This document shows positions 8,171 to 18,607 of a stretch of DNA of 64,000 nt, in pieces. The first letter of the stretch is position 1, and each line of letters begins with the position of its first letter. The DNA comes from an uncultured Rhodothermales bacterium (lineage in GTDB: Bacteria > Bacteroidota > Rhodothermia > Rhodothermales > Salinibacteraceae). The stretch is from contig CAYFQN010000001.1 of assembly GCA_964345285.1 (NCBI GenBank), positions 325 to 64,324 on the forward strand, written 5' to 3'. Made by a program: the position numbers and the translations under genes. The notes below the pieces were generated by a model. It made no database searches and had not been told where the DNA came from. It saw only the letters and a program-made list of their open reading frames with translations.

Positions 8171-10645
8171 TTACGCCCTCAGCTTCTCCTGCAGCAGTTC
8201 GCGCGCGAGCTGGGGATTGGCCGTGCCGCGGGTGGCTTGCATGACCTGACCCATGAAGAAGCCGAGCAGCTTCTCCTCGCCGTCCTGGTAGCGCGCCACC
8301 TCATTCGGGTTATCGTCTAGCACGTCGCTGACTACGTCAGCCAGCGCGTCCGAGTCAGCGATCTGCTCCAAGTCGCGCTCGTCCACGATGGTGTCGGGGT
8401 CCGCGCCGCCTGCAAGCATCTCGTCCAGTACGGTGCGGGCCGCGCGGGTCGAGATCACGTCCTCGTCGATGAGGGCCACGAGCCGGCCGAAGGCGGCCGC
8501 GCCGAACGGCAGATCCGCCGGCGAGCGCTCGTCGATGGCGCCGAGGAGTTCGTTCAGGATCCAGTTGGCGACGGCCGTGGGCTGGTCGTGCGTCTCCAGC
8601 ACGTCCTCGAAGTAGAGCGCCAGCGGATCGTCGCTCGCCAGGATGGCCGCATCCTTGCGGCTCAGGCCGAACGCATCGCGGTACCGGTCGAAGCGGGCGC
8701 GCTGTGAGGGGGAAAGATCCTCCACGGGGTCGCGCTGGGCGGCCATAGAACGCTCGCGCTGGCGGCGTTTCGCCTCCTCTTTCTCACGGCGTTTCTGCTC
8801 CATGTCTACCGTTTCGCCGTCATCCTCAGCCCACGTGTCACGCAGCGTGACAATCTGGTTGTACACGAGCGCGTCGTTTGAGGAGTCTTCCGGGTCAGGC
8901 CAGAAGTAGCCCTGCCGCTCGAACTGCACGCGCCGGTTGGCCAGGTCGCGGATCGCGGGCTCGATATACCCCATCCGGATGACGAGCGAGTTAGGGTTCA
9001 GGTGATCCGTGAAGTCGCCGTCGCCGGCCTCGGGGGCAGGGACGTCAAAGAGCCGGTCGTACAGTCGCATCTCGGCAGGAACCGCGTGATGGGCGGACAC
9101 CCAGTGGAGCGTGGCATCGGGCGAGCGGCCATCCGGCGCATCTCCGCCGCGGGTTTGCGGGTCGTATGTGCACCGAAGCTCGGTGATGGTGCCGTCTTCG
9201 TCCCGGATGACCTTGTCACAGGTGATGAAGTATGCCCAGCGCAGGCGCACCTCGCGGCCGGGGGCGAGACGGAAAAAGCCGTCGGGCGGATCCTCACGAA
9301 AGTCGTCGCGCTCGATGTAGAGCGTCTTGCTGAACGGGACGTCCCGCGTGTCGTCCTTGTCGATTTCGCGGGGCCAGTGCGGCGTCTCGATCCAATCTGT
9401 CTCGTCCTCAGGGAAGTTGGTGATGGTGACCTTGAGCGGGTCGAGCACGCCCATGACGCGTGGCGCCTTGAAGTTGAGGTCGTCGCGGATGGCATGCTCC
9501 AGCAGGCTGAATTGCACGCGGCTCTCGGAGCGCGTCACGCCGATCTGCTCGCAGAAGTTGACGATGGCTTCGGGCGTCACGCCGCGCCGGCGCATGCCGG
9601 CGATGGTAGGCAGGCGCGGGTCGTCCCAGCCGTCGACGAGGCTGTCCTCGACCAACTGGAGTAGCTTGCGCTTGCTCATGATGGTGTAGTCGAGGTTCAG
9701 CCGCGCGAACTCGTACTGGCGGGGGCGGCTCGGCAGTTCGTCCTCGTCGAGGCAATGCTCCAGCACCCAGTCGTACACGCGGCGGTTGTTGTCGAACTCC
9801 AGCGTGCAGAGCGAGTGGGTGACGTTCTCGATGGCGTCTTCGAGGCAGTGGGCGTAGTCGTACATCGGGTAGATGCACCACTCGTCGCCGCGCCGGTAGT
9901 GGTCCGCGTGCTTGATGCGGTAGAGGAGCGGGTCCCGCATGATCATGTGCGGCGACTTCATGTCGATCTTAGCGCGCAGCACGTGCTCGCCGTCCGCGAA
10001 CGCGCCGGCCTTCATCTGCTCGAACAGGTCGAGGTTTTCCTCTACGGTGCGATCCCGGTACGGACTCGGCCGCCCCGGCCTACTGACGGTCCCGCGGTAC
10101 TCGCGGATCTGTTCTTCGCTGAGGCTATCCACGTACGCGTCGCCCTGCTTGATGAGCTTTACCGCGTAGTCGTAGAACTGCTCGAAGTAGTCGGCAGCGT
10201 GGTAGCAATGCTCGCCCCAGTCAAAGCCCAACCAGCGCACGGCATCCTTGATGGACCGGACGTACTCCATGTCCTCCGTTTCGGGGTTGGTATCGTCGAA
10301 GCGGAGGTGGCAGCGTGTGTCGGCCTGGTCGGCGTAGTCGCGCGCGATGCCGAAGTTGAGTACGATCGACTTGGCATGCCCGATATGCAGATAGCCGTTT
10401 GGCTCGGGCGGGAAGCGGGTCACGACCCGGTCGCCATATGTACCGGCTTGCAGGTCCTCGTCGATGATATCACGGATGAAATTCGACGGTTCAGACGATG
10501 CCGTATCGCGCGATAGCGTGTTGGGTTCAGCCACGGTCTTCTCGAAGGTTGAAACGCAGGGAGGAGCCGAAAGAGTGGACACTACAGTACAAACGGCCGC
10601 CGCCGCCATTGGTCCCGCCGTGTCCATCTGGCCACTAGGAGCCAA
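8171..10645 (-). CDS. glnS: glutamine--tRNA ligase fused to a C-terminal GatB/YqeY domain
   Basis: 824-aa ORF. The core begins at SNFIRDIIDEDL, with HIGH motif PNGYLHIGHAKS and KMSKS motif IMSKRK. The last ~186 aa (DPVEDLSPSQ...GFFMGQVMQATRGTANPQLARELLQEKL) read like the GatB C-terminal/YqeY domain. The true start is probably downstream of 10645; the conserved core starts about 55 codons in. Confidence 0.85.
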   Translation of the reverse strand: MAPSGQMDTAGPMAAAAVCTVVSTLSAPPCVSTFEKTVAEPNTLSRDTASSEPSNFIRDIIDEDLQAGTYGDRVVTRFPPEPNGYLHIGHAKSIVLNFGIARDYADQADTRCHLRFDDTNPETEDMEYVRSIKDAVRWLGFDWGEHCYHAADYFEQFYDYAVKLIKQGDAYVDSLSEEQIREYRGTVSRPGRPSPYRDRTVEENLDLFEQMKAGAFADGEHVLRAKIDMKSPHMIMRDPLLYRIKHADHYRRGDEWCIYPMYDYAHCLEDAIENVTHSLCTLEFDNNRRVYDWVLEHCLDEDELPSRPRQYEFARLNLDYTIMSKRKLLQLVEDSLVDGWDDPRLPTIAGMRRRGVTPEAIVNFCEQIGVTRSESRVQFSLLEHAIRDDLNFKAPRVMGVLDPLKVTITNFPEDETDWIETPHWPREIDKDDTRDVPFSKTLYIERDDFREDPPDGFFRLAPGREVRLRWAYFITCDKVIRDEDGTITELRCTYDPQTRGGDAPDGRSPDATLHWVSAHHAVPAEMRLYDRLFDVPAPEAGDGDFTDHLNPNSLVIRMGYIEPAIRDLANRRVQFERQGYFWPDPEDSSNDALVYNQIVTLRDTWAEDDGETVDMEQKRREKEEAKRRQRERSMAAQRDPVEDLSPSQRARFDRYRDAFGLSRKDAAILASDDPLALYFEDVLETHDQPTAVANWILNELLGAIDERSPADLPFGAAAFGRLVALIDEDVISTRAARTVLDEMLAGGADPDTIVDERDLEQIADSDALADVVSDVLDDNPNEVARYQDGEEKLLGFFMGQVMQATRGTANPQLARELLQEKLRA

Positions 10646-10683
10646 GCGCCGGGGGGACGGGTCAGGCCGTTGGTTTAGGCCGT

Positions 10684-10893
10684 CTACTCAGTGGCGCAGG
10701 TATCGACGCCCAGAAGCGTATTCAACGGACAGTAGCCAATGAGGGCGGTGAGCAGCGCGATTACGGCCGCGGCATAGGCCCCAATGCTCCACGTAGTACC
10801 CAGATCGACGAGCAGGCCTAGAGCAACCAAGCCTACGCCAAGAACAATGCGAAAGGACTTGTCGGCACCGCCGACGTTGCAAGTAAGAGACAT
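10684..10893 (-). CDS. DUF2892 (YgaP-like) small membrane protein
   Basis: 69 aa. It has a CNVGxxD N-terminus, two TM helices and a C-terminal GYCPLNTLLGVDTC, which is the family signature as I recall it. Confidence 0.65.
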   Translation of the reverse strand: MSLTCNVGGADKSFRIVLGVGLVALGLLVDLGTTWSIGAYAAAVIALLTALIGYCPLNTLLGVDTCATE

Positions 10894-11178
10894 AATACCA
10901 GAGAAAGATCTAACAGGGAAAGATGTAGTTTGAAGACACTAAGGCTGCGGCGAGAATAGCCTCTCGTTCATTATGGGGCTAGGTGGCAATCGAGCGACCG
11001 AACGAGGGCGTGATCCCCACACGGTCCGCGTGACAGCGAGATCCATAATAGGCCCGCCCCCCTGGTAACAAAGCTTGATCGCCTTACGATCCTTGCATAT
11101 CCAGCATCCGAAAGCCATGGACAATGAGCACGACGAGGTAATTTGCAATGGTTCCTGGAGCAGAGGTGTGGAGGAGCA

Positions 11179-12276
11179 TTAGTCGCGCTGGGCCGAAGAG
11201 GGCCCGTGTGCGCGGTACACCTTAAGGAGATGCTCCGCCGCCTCGAACGACGAGAGCGTGCCAGCTTCCACCTGGCGTTCTACCTCATCCATGACGTCCT
11301 GGACGGCAGGGTCGGACTCGAAATCCGACCGCAGTCGGTGCTCAATGGTTTGGTGCATCCAGTAGATGGCTTGCCGTTGGCGCCGCTTAGTAAAAGAGCT
11401 ATCTGACTGGGCGCGCTGGCAGTAGTTCTCAATTGCTTGCCATACCGCATCCATTCCATCGCCAGTAAGGGCCGAGCAGGTGAGCACCGGCGGCGACCGG
11501 TCCAGCGAATTGGGCGGGAAGAGCTCAAGCGCGCGCCGGTACTCGGCCTGTGCCCGCTTGGCCGCTGCCCGGTTGTCGCCATCCGCCTTGTTGATGGCAA
11601 TCGCATCGGCCATCTCCACAATGCCCCGTTTGATGCCTTGTAATTCGTCGCCCGCTCTAGCCAGCACGAGGAGCAAGAAAAAGTCGACCATCGAGTGGAC
11701 CGTCACCTCGGACTGGCCCACACCCACGGTTTCCACAAATACGGTGTCGAAGCCCGCGGCTTCGCACAAGAGAATCGTTTCGTGTGTCGTTCGCGCCACA
11801 CCACCCAGCGACCCACTGGTGGGGGAGGGGCGGATGAACACGTCGCTTCGTCGTGACAGCTCGCCCATCCGGGTCTTATCGCCCAGGATGCTACCCTTTG
11901 TGCGCTCACTCGTCGGGTCGATGGCGAGGATCGCAAGCCGCCGTCCCTCGTCGACCAACTGCGTGCCTAGCGTTTCGATGAACGTGCTCTTCCCCACACC
12001 GGGCACGCCCGTAATGGCTACGCGAATGGAGTCGCCGGTGTATGGCAGGCACGTGTTCAGTATTTGGCGGGCCTTCTCTTGATGTGCTGCCCGCGCACTT
12101 TCAGCTAACGTAATGGCCTGGCTGAGCGCCGACCGGTCACCCTCATGTATCGCTTGAACATAATCTCTCACAGAGCGCTGCTGGGAGGACTTCCGATCTG
12201 GCGTTTGGATATTGGGGTTGATGCTGGGCATGTGCTTCGAGGGCATGTCGTGCGCGTCCTCAGCGGGAGAAGACAT
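11179..12276 (-). CDS. meaB: methylmalonyl-CoA mutase-associated GTPase MeaB (ArgK)
   Basis: The P-loop is GVPGVGKST, with GVGQSE and NKADG G-motifs. It sits immediately downstream of the mutase subunits. Confidence 0.85.
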   Translation of the reverse strand: MSSPAEDAHDMPSKHMPSINPNIQTPDRKSSQQRSVRDYVQAIHEGDRSALSQAITLAESARAAHQEKARQILNTCLPYTGDSIRVAITGVPGVGKSTFIETLGTQLVDEGRRLAILAIDPTSERTKGSILGDKTRMGELSRRSDVFIRPSPTSGSLGGVARTTHETILLCEAAGFDTVFVETVGVGQSEVTVHSMVDFFLLLVLARAGDELQGIKRGIVEMADAIAINKADGDNRAAAKRAQAEYRRALELFPPNSLDRSPPVLTCSALTGDGMDAVWQAIENYCQRAQSDSSFTKRRQRQAIYWMHQTIEHRLRSDFESDPAVQDVMDEVERQVEAGTLSSFEAAEHLLKVYRAHGPSSAQRD

Positions 12277-12338
12277 AACCGGATCAGGGCAGCGACGGGC
12301 GAAGTCAACGAGCGCGGGGCGCAGCAGGCAGTCGGTAG

Positions 12339-14489
12339 TTAAGCGCCATGTGGCACATCGGCTGGGTAGGTGTCCATCAGCACCCGGAGGATTTGCTGCG
12401 CGGCTTCAGCGATGGACGTGCCGGGTCCAAAGATGCCGGCGACGCCGTGCTCATACAGAACGTTGTAATCCTGATGGGGGATGACGCCGCCGACAATGAC
12501 GAGGATATCGTCGCGCCCGTGCTGCTCCAGCGCATTGATCACCTCCGGGACGAGCGTTTTGTGCCCGCCAGCGAGGCTGGAGACACCCAGGATGTGCACA
12601 TCGTTTTCGACGGCCTGGCGAGCGGCTTCCTCCGGCGTCTGAAAAAGCGGACCGATGTCGACGTCGAAGCCCAGGTCGGCGAACGAGGTGGCGATGACTT
12701 TCGCGCCGCGGTCGTGCCCGTCCTGACCCATCTTGGCAACCATAATCCGCGGGCGGCGTCCAGCAATCGCTGCGAACGCATCCGCAAGCCGACGGGCTTC
12801 TTGAAAGGCTTCGTCGGATTGCGCCTCAGCAGCGTATACGCCCTGCACGGATTGTGTGCGGGCCTGGTGGCGGCCGAAGACCGTCTCCATCGCGTCGGAG
12901 ATCTCGCCGAGCGTGGCGCGCGTGCGGGCGGCGTCAACGGCCTTCGCGAGGAGGTTGCCGTCGCCGCTCTCCGCGCAGGCGGTGATGGCGTCGAGGGCTT
13001 GCTGGACGGCCGCCTCGTCGCGCTCGGTGCGGACGCGCTCCAGCCGTTTCATCTGGGTGCGGCGGACCGCCTCGTTGTCGACCTCCAGCGTGGGCACGGG
13101 CTCGGTCTCGTCCGGGCGATATTTGTTGACGCCGACGATGACTTCCTCGCCCGTGTCGATGCGGGCTTGCTTGCGCGCGGCCATCTCTTCGATGCGCAGC
13201 TTCGGCAGTCCCTTCTCGATGGCCTGCGTCATCCCGCCTTCGGCTTCGACCTCCTGGATGAGCGCCCACGCGCGGCGGGCCAGCTGGTCGGTCAGGTCCT
13301 CCACGTAGTACGACCCGGCCCACGGGTCGATGGCGCGGGTGATGTCGGTCTCTTCCTGCAGGTAAAGCTGCGTGTTGCGGGCGATGCGGGCTGCGTGCTC
13401 GCTGGGGAGTGCGATGGCCTCGTCGAGCGCATTCGTGTGCAGCGACTGCGTGCCGCCGAACGCCGCGGCCAGCGCCTCGATGGTCGTGCGCATCACGTTG
13501 TTGTACGGGTCCTGCTCGGCGAGCGAGTAGCCGGACGTCTGGCAGTGTGTCCGCAGCGCCATCGACTTCGGGTTCTGCGGGTCGAACTGCTGGACGAGCT
13601 TCGCCCAGAGCATGCGGCCCGCGCGCATCTTGGCGATCTCCATGAAGTGGTTCATGCCGATGCCCCAGAAGAAGCTCACCCGTGGCGCAAAGTCGTCGAT
13701 GTCGAGCCCCGCGTCGAGCCCGGTGCGCAGGTATTCGAGGCCGTCGGCCAGCGTGTAGGCCAGCTCCAGATCGGCCGGGGCGCCGGCCTCGTGCATGTGA
13801 TACCCGCTCACGGAGATGGCGTTGAAGCGGGGCATCTCGTCGGCGCAGTACGCGAAGATGTCGCCCACGATGCGCATCGACGGCTGGGGGGGGTAGATGT
13901 ACGTGTTGCGCACCATGAACTCCTTCAGGATGTCGTTCTGGATGGTGCCCATCAGCTGCTCGTGGTTCACGCCCTGCTCCTCGGCGGCGACAATGTAGAA
14001 CGCCATCACCGGCAGGACGGCGCCGTTCATCGTCATCGACACCGACATCCGGTCGAGGGGGATGCCGTCGAAGAGGATCTTCATGTCCTCGACGGTGTCG
14101 ACGGCCACGCCGGCTTTGCCCACATCGCCGCGGACGCGCTCGTGGTCGGAGTCGTAGCCGCGATGGGTCGCCAGGTCGAACGCAACGGACAGGCCCTTCT
14201 GGCCCGAGGCGAGCGCCTTGCGGTAGAAAGCGTTTGATTCCTCGGCGGTCGAGAAGCCGGCGTACTGGCGGATGGTCCACGGGCGGAAGGCGTACATGGT
14301 GCTGTACGGCCCGCGGAGAAACGGCGGCAGGCCCGCGGCAAAGTTGAGATGCTCCAGGTCCTCTTCGGCGTCCGGCCCGTACACGGGAGCCACGTCGATC
14401 TGCTCGGGCGTGGTCCACGATCCATCCGGTCGGGGTGGCGTGTCGGTGGCCGCCGGCTCATAGTCGATCCGGGAAAAGTCGGGGCGCAT
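12339..14489 (-). CDS. mutB: methylmalonyl-CoA mutase large (alpha) subunit
   Basis: 716 aa. The TIM-barrel region includes [13 protein letters not shown]. The C-terminal B12-binding domain carries the DxHxxG motif ([11 protein letters not shown]). Confidence 0.9.
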   Translation of the reverse strand: MRPDFSRIDYEPAATDTPPRPDGSWTTPEQIDVAPVYGPDAEEDLEHLNFAAGLPPFLRGPYSTMYAFRPWTIRQYAGFSTAEESNAFYRKALASGQKGLSVAFDLATHRGYDSDHERVRGDVGKAGVAVDTVEDMKILFDGIPLDRMSVSMTMNGAVLPVMAFYIVAAEEQGVNHEQLMGTIQNDILKEFMVRNTYIYPPQPSMRIVGDIFAYCADEMPRFNAISVSGYHMHEAGAPADLELAYTLADGLEYLRTGLDAGLDIDDFAPRVSFFWGIGMNHFMEIAKMRAGRMLWAKLVQQFDPQNPKSMALRTHCQTSGYSLAEQDPYNNVMRTTIEALAAAFGGTQSLHTNALDEAIALPSEHAARIARNTQLYLQEETDITRAIDPWAGSYYVEDLTDQLARRAWALIQEVEAEGGMTQAIEKGLPKLRIEEMAARKQARIDTGEEVIVGVNKYRPDETEPVPTLEVDNEAVRRTQMKRLERVRTERDEAAVQQALDAITACAESGDGNLLAKAVDAARTRATLGEISDAMETVFGRHQARTQSVQGVYAAEAQSDEAFQEARRLADAFAAIAGRRPRIMVAKMGQDGHDRGAKVIATSFADLGFDVDIGPLFQTPEEAARQAVENDVHILGVSSLAGGHKTLVPEVINALEQHGRDDILVIVGGVIPHQDYNVLYEHGVAGIFGPGTSIAEAAQQILRVLMDTYPADVPHGA

Positions 14490-14559
14490 GTCGGTTGCGG
14501 GTGATAGTATGAGTGATGAGACGCGTGAAGGTCTTCTCCTCCGTGGTCAACCGTAGCAC

Positions 14560-16575
14560 TTATCCAATGCCGAGCCGCCGTTGAAGATCAGCCAGTGTGT
14601 CCAGGAGGGGGGCGTTTTTATGGAGAAAGCCATCCACCCCAGCTGCTTTTAGCGCCTCTTCATGCTCGGGGAGGTGCCCGGCGATAAGCACAAGAGGGTC
14701 CATATCGGTTGCCTGAAGCGCCTCACGGAGGGCGGGCGCCAGTTCAGGGTAGGCATCGTTGGAACTGCAGAGGACGACCATGTCGGCGTCGGCATCGGCG
14801 GCCTCGCGGGCGGCCGCCTCAGGCGTGTCGAACCGGACGTGCTCGTCAATGGCGAAGCCCGCCACGCCGAGCACGTTCCGGGCGAAGCTGGCCCGCGCGC
14901 TGCGCATGGTAGGGTCGCCCATGGGAAGGAGCACCACCCGAGGCGGTCCACCGTGGTCTGTCGCCCACGTCTCAGTGCGCGCACGGAGCGTCTCGAACGG
15001 TTCGGCTAGGCGGACCGATGGCAGCGCGCTGAGCGATGGCGTGCCCGGCCCCTTCAGCGCGTCGAGGGTGTCACCGAGCATCGCGCCATCGGTTACGGCA
15101 TGTTGCAGTGCGGAGAGCGGGTCACCCGGCGTCCATTCCACCACGTGCTCGGATTGGTCAAGGGCGCGCGCTTTTGCGCCGACCGACTCGCTGGCTGGGC
15201 GCTTCTCACTAGGGGCCGGGTAATGATTGGTGCCTACGAGCACATGCTGGCGATTCGTAACACGTTCCACCCGTTCCGCTCGCACCTCTTCAATACGCTG
15301 TTGCACAGTACCGGCCTGGAGCGCCTCGAGCAGCCCACCCTCAGCTTCGATCGTCTGGAAGAGTGACCACGCATTGCGGGCGAGCTGATCGGTCATGACC
15401 TCGACGTAGTACGATCCGGCAGCGGGGTCGGCGACGTGATCGAGATGGGACTCTGCGCGCAGCAGGTGCTGCGTATTGCGAGCCAGTCGATGCGCAAAGT
15501 CACTCGGGTTGGCAAAGGAGGCCGAGAACGGTCGGACCGTCAGTACATCGCACCCTCCAATGATGGCCGATGCGGCTTGCGTAGTGCCTCGCAGCAGGTT
15601 CACGTACGGCCCATAACGGGTCTCGGTGCGCTGTGACGTGACGGATTGAATATGGGGCGCGCTCGGGGCAACCTCGACGTTGAACGCCTCGAGCACTTGC
15701 GGGATGAGCAGCCGTAGCGCTCGCAGTTTCGCAATCGCTACGAAGTAACTGGTGTCCACGGGGACAATCCACTGGAGGGTCTCCACTACTTGATTCGCCA
15801 GCACGCCACGGTCGTGAAGCCGAACTACGATGTCGCACAACGCGGCGAGCGACAGGCCCAATTCCTGCTCCGCTGAGGCGCCCGCTTCATGGTAGGGCCT
15901 AAGATCCACGCTCAGCAGATGGGCGTGGGGCGTTTCTGTACCTGAACGAGCTAAGGTGGCCGCTCCACCGAAGGCGTGGTCCGCATCGGCCACTTGATGA
16001 AGGGCCAATGCAGCGACCGGGTCGTAGTCCGTTGAACCTGTCAGCGCAGAGTGATCAGTCCCCTGGCGGGCTGCGAGCGCGCGCACCATCGCCCAGAGTG
16101 AGATCGCCGCCGGCCCTGCCCCGGCATGCAGCGCCACGGTTGCCAAGTCGACGTCCTGCATCACGACGGCGAGATCATCGAGGCGCTGTAGAGGTTGGGC
16201 CGTCAGCCGCTGGCCTGGCCGCCCGGCAGCTATGCCGATGTCGGTTACGTCGGCGTCAAGCGCGTCATGAAGTTGTTGGCGGGCTGTTTCGAGGACGGAC
16301 GCCGTCAGGTTCACTCGAGGGCGCCATGGGTTGGCTGGGGTGCCGTCCTTGCGCGTGATGGGGACGGCAGCGAGATGATCGACCTGGTCCCGCTCGGACG
16401 TCCGGTAGTAGGCTCGCTGACGAATGCCTTCGAGGCTATCCCACGTGAGAAACGTTTCCGGGTCTGTGCCGGAGCGCAAGTCTTCTTCGATGACTGCCAG
16501 CCACTCGTCATCGGATATGGGGCCGAAATCGTCAAACAGAGTGGGAGGTATGTCCGGCAGTGACGATTCGGCCAT
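14560..16575 (-). CDS. mutA: methylmalonyl-CoA mutase small (beta) subunit
   Basis: 671 aa with a mutase-like fold (LARNTQHLLRAES) but no B12-ligand DxHxxG motif. It lies directly upstream of the alpha subunit. Confidence 0.8.
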   Translation of the reverse strand: MAESSLPDIPPTLFDDFGPISDDEWLAVIEEDLRSGTDPETFLTWDSLEGIRQRAYYRTSERDQVDHLAAVPITRKDGTPANPWRPRVNLTASVLETARQQLHDALDADVTDIGIAAGRPGQRLTAQPLQRLDDLAVVMQDVDLATVALHAGAGPAAISLWAMVRALAARQGTDHSALTGSTDYDPVAALALHQVADADHAFGGAATLARSGTETPHAHLLSVDLRPYHEAGASAEQELGLSLAALCDIVVRLHDRGVLANQVVETLQWIVPVDTSYFVAIAKLRALRLLIPQVLEAFNVEVAPSAPHIQSVTSQRTETRYGPYVNLLRGTTQAASAIIGGCDVLTVRPFSASFANPSDFAHRLARNTQHLLRAESHLDHVADPAAGSYYVEVMTDQLARNAWSLFQTIEAEGGLLEALQAGTVQQRIEEVRAERVERVTNRQHVLVGTNHYPAPSEKRPASESVGAKARALDQSEHVVEWTPGDPLSALQHAVTDGAMLGDTLDALKGPGTPSLSALPSVRLAEPFETLRARTETWATDHGGPPRVVLLPMGDPTMRSARASFARNVLGVAGFAIDEHVRFDTPEAAAREAADADADMVVLCSSNDAYPELAPALREALQATDMDPLVLIAGHLPEHEEALKAAGVDGFLHKNAPLLDTLADLQRRLGIG

Positions 16576-16590
16576 ACGAAGCAGTGGGGC

Positions 16591-17163
16591 TTATGATAGG
16601 ATAGAAGATGGGTCAGGCGCCGAGAGTTGCCCGTCTAGGGCACGAAAGTGGCGAACCAGGTCGAAAATAGCAATACCGTAGGCCACCGACACATTCAGCG
16701 ATTGCTTCGCCCCAAACTGAGGAATCTCAAAAGCGAGGTCTATCTGCTCGATGATTGCATCATCAACGCCCTGTACCTCGTTGCCTAGCACGAGACAAAG
16801 CGGGTACTGCTCAGTGGTTACTTGAGCAATGGGGGTCGGCTCATCCGTGATCTCCAGTGCGGCTAACATATACCCGTCTGACCGATGCTGCTCCAGGATG
16901 GGCACTACCTCGTCATGGTGAGACCACGCCACCGTATCTTGAGCTCCTAGTGCGGTTTTGTGCAAGTCCTTGTGGTCGGGTGTGCCTGTGTAGCCGGTCA
17001 GGTACAGGTGCTCAATGCGCGCCGCATCGGACGTGCGAAAGATCGAGCCGACATTGTAGATTGACCGGACATTGTGGGCAACCACGCTGATGGGGTGTTT
17101 GGGAAGGCGGGACACCTCACTGGGGGCCGGACGCTCAATTTCGTCGTGTTTTAACTTCCTCAT
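16591..17163 (-). CDS. SpoU/TrmH-family RNA 2'-O-methyltransferase
   Basis: SpoU motifs LVLGNEVQGVD and IPQFGAKQSLNVSVAYGIAIF are present. I moved the start to the ATG at 17163 (MRKLKHDE) inside track ORF 16591..17301. Confidence 0.75.
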   Translation of the reverse strand: MRKLKHDEIERPAPSEVSRLPKHPISVVAHNVRSIYNVGSIFRTSDAARIEHLYLTGYTGTPDHKDLHKTALGAQDTVAWSHHDEVVPILEQHRSDGYMLAALEITDEPTPIAQVTTEQYPLCLVLGNEVQGVDDAIIEQIDLAFEIPQFGAKQSLNVSVAYGIAIFDLVRHFRALDGQLSAPDPSSILS

Positions 17164-17253
17164 GAACAAGTAGGGGGGACCGTCGGGGGAACTCGTAAGC
17201 CGCCGCGCTATTTTGGTGCGCGATGTACGTACTCTAAACGGCGACCCCCGACT

Positions 17254-17901
17254 ATGCTCCGCATCTCGTCCAAATGGATTTCCTGGGCACGCGCCCGCCA
17301 CGCTACGGTGGCCGCGCTCCTATGTGTTATGGTAGTCGGGCTCGCTGGATGCCAGGCGCTTCGCGAAGTGGCCAACCTGCGCAGCGTGCGGTTCGCTATC
17401 GACCGGGTCGCTGAACCACAATTGGCAGGGATCGACCTCCGTCGTGTCGACTCGTATCACGATATCAGCGCTTCAGACGTGCTGCGGCTTACCCGGGCGG
17501 CGGCTACGGGTGAGATGCCTCTGTCTTTCACAATTCTGGTCGATGCGGAGAACCCCGCCGACAACGACGTTGCCGCGCGGCTTGTTACGATGGATTGGAC
17601 GCTGCTGCTCGATGAGACTGAAACCATTCGGGGACGGTTCGACAGTACAGTTCGGCTGGAGCCGGGGACGCCCACGACGGTCCCCATCCCCATCGAACTC
17701 GACCTCGTACGCTTTTTCGGTGACAATGCGCGCGATCTGATTGACCTGGCGTTAGCTGTTGCGGGTCAAGGCGATCCCAACACGGTGACCCTGCGGGCGA
17801 GACCCACTGTCGACACTGTGCTGGGGCCCATCCAGTATCCTGAGCCCATCACCATCACCCGTCGCGACGTAGGCCAGCGTTCCTCAACCAACCAGCCGTA
17901 A
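17254..17901 (+). CDS. lipoprotein, possibly LEA_2 / LEA14-like domain
   Basis: The lipobox is VVGLAGCQ. The beta-rich body (MDWTLLLDETETIRGRFDSTVRLEPGTPTTVPIPIELDL) resembles LEA_2 proteins. The family call is tentative. Confidence 0.4.
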   Translation: MLRISSKWISWARARHATVAALLCVMVVGLAGCQALREVANLRSVRFAIDRVAEPQLAGIDLRRVDSYHDISASDVLRLTRAAATGEMPLSFTILVDAENPADNDVAARLVTMDWTLLLDETETIRGRFDSTVRLEPGTPTTVPIPIELDLVRFFGDNARDLIDLALAVAGQGDPNTVTLRARPTVDTVLGPIQYPEPITITRRDVGQRSSTNQP

Positions 17902-17932
17902 TGCTCATCTTCACTGACCAACCGTAAGCGCT

Positions 17933-18607
17933 GTGATTATCACCATCGACGGCCCTTCCGGGTCGGGAAAGAGCACCACCGCCCGCGCTGTGGCAGATCG
18001 TCTCGGCTACCTGTACCTCGACACGGGCGCCATGTACCGCGCCGTGGCCTTGGCCTTCATTCGGGCAGGTGCTGAGCCCACTAGCGGGGCGGCCACCGAC
18101 CTGCTTCCAGACGTACGCATTGATATCCGATACGACGACGATGCCATGCGCGTGCACTTGAACGGTGAAGACGTCACTGAGGCCATTCGTACCCAGTCCG
18201 TTGGTACCATGGCCAGCCGGGTGAGCCAGTTGGCCGCGGTCCGCGATAAACTGGTGCGGGAACAGCGGCGCATTGCGGCAGAACGGGTGGCTGCCGAAGG
18301 CGGGGTGGTGCTCGACGGGCGCGACATGGGTACCGTGGTGTTTCCTGACGCGGACGTCAAAATATTCATGGTGGCTGATGCGCGGGTGCGTGCCAAGCGC
18401 CGGCGCGCGGACTACGCCGCGCAGGGTCGGGATGTGTCGCTCGATGCGGTGCACGAAGAAATCATCGAGCGCGACCGGCAAGACCAAACCCGGGAGCTCT
18501 CACCCCTCCAGCAGGCTGATGACGCCGTCGAGCTCGACACCACGGATCGGTCGGTTGACGAACAGGTGGATTTCGTGCTCAACCTTGTGCAGTCCCAGTC
18601 CACCTAG
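17933..18607 (+). CDS. cmk: (d)CMP kinase
   Basis: GTG start. The P-loop is IDGPSGSGKSTTA, followed by LDTGAMYRA. Confidence 0.9.
   Translation: MIITIDGPSGSGKSTTARAVADRLGYLYLDTGAMYRAVALAFIRAGAEPTSGAATDLLPDVRIDIRYDDDAMRVHLNGEDVTEAIRTQSVGTMASRVSQLAAVRDKLVREQRRIAAERVAAEGGVVLDGRDMGTVVFPDADVKIFMVADARVRAKRRRADYAAQGRDVSLDAVHEEIIERDRQDQTRELSPLQQADDAVELDTTDRSVDEQVDFVLNLVQSQST

Noticed and set aside
12348-14237. A 629-aa ORF on the + strand, antisense to the methylmalonyl-CoA mutase large subunit. Similar long antisense ORFs occur at 18976..19953, 30029..30793, 31624..32793, 37400..38446 and 42157..42873.
   Set aside because: These are typical high-GC shadow ORFs. Their translations are R/G/A/V/H/L-rich low complexity with no motifs. 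The opposite strand in each case encodes an unmistakable conserved protein (MutB, S1, NusA, IF-2, PNPase, RluB).
16576-17253. An expected adenosylcobalamin riboswitch upstream of the B12-dependent mutase operon.
   Set aside because: mutA is preceded by only 15 nt and then the SpoU gene. The 90-nt spacer upstream of SpoU shows no B12-box-like sequence.
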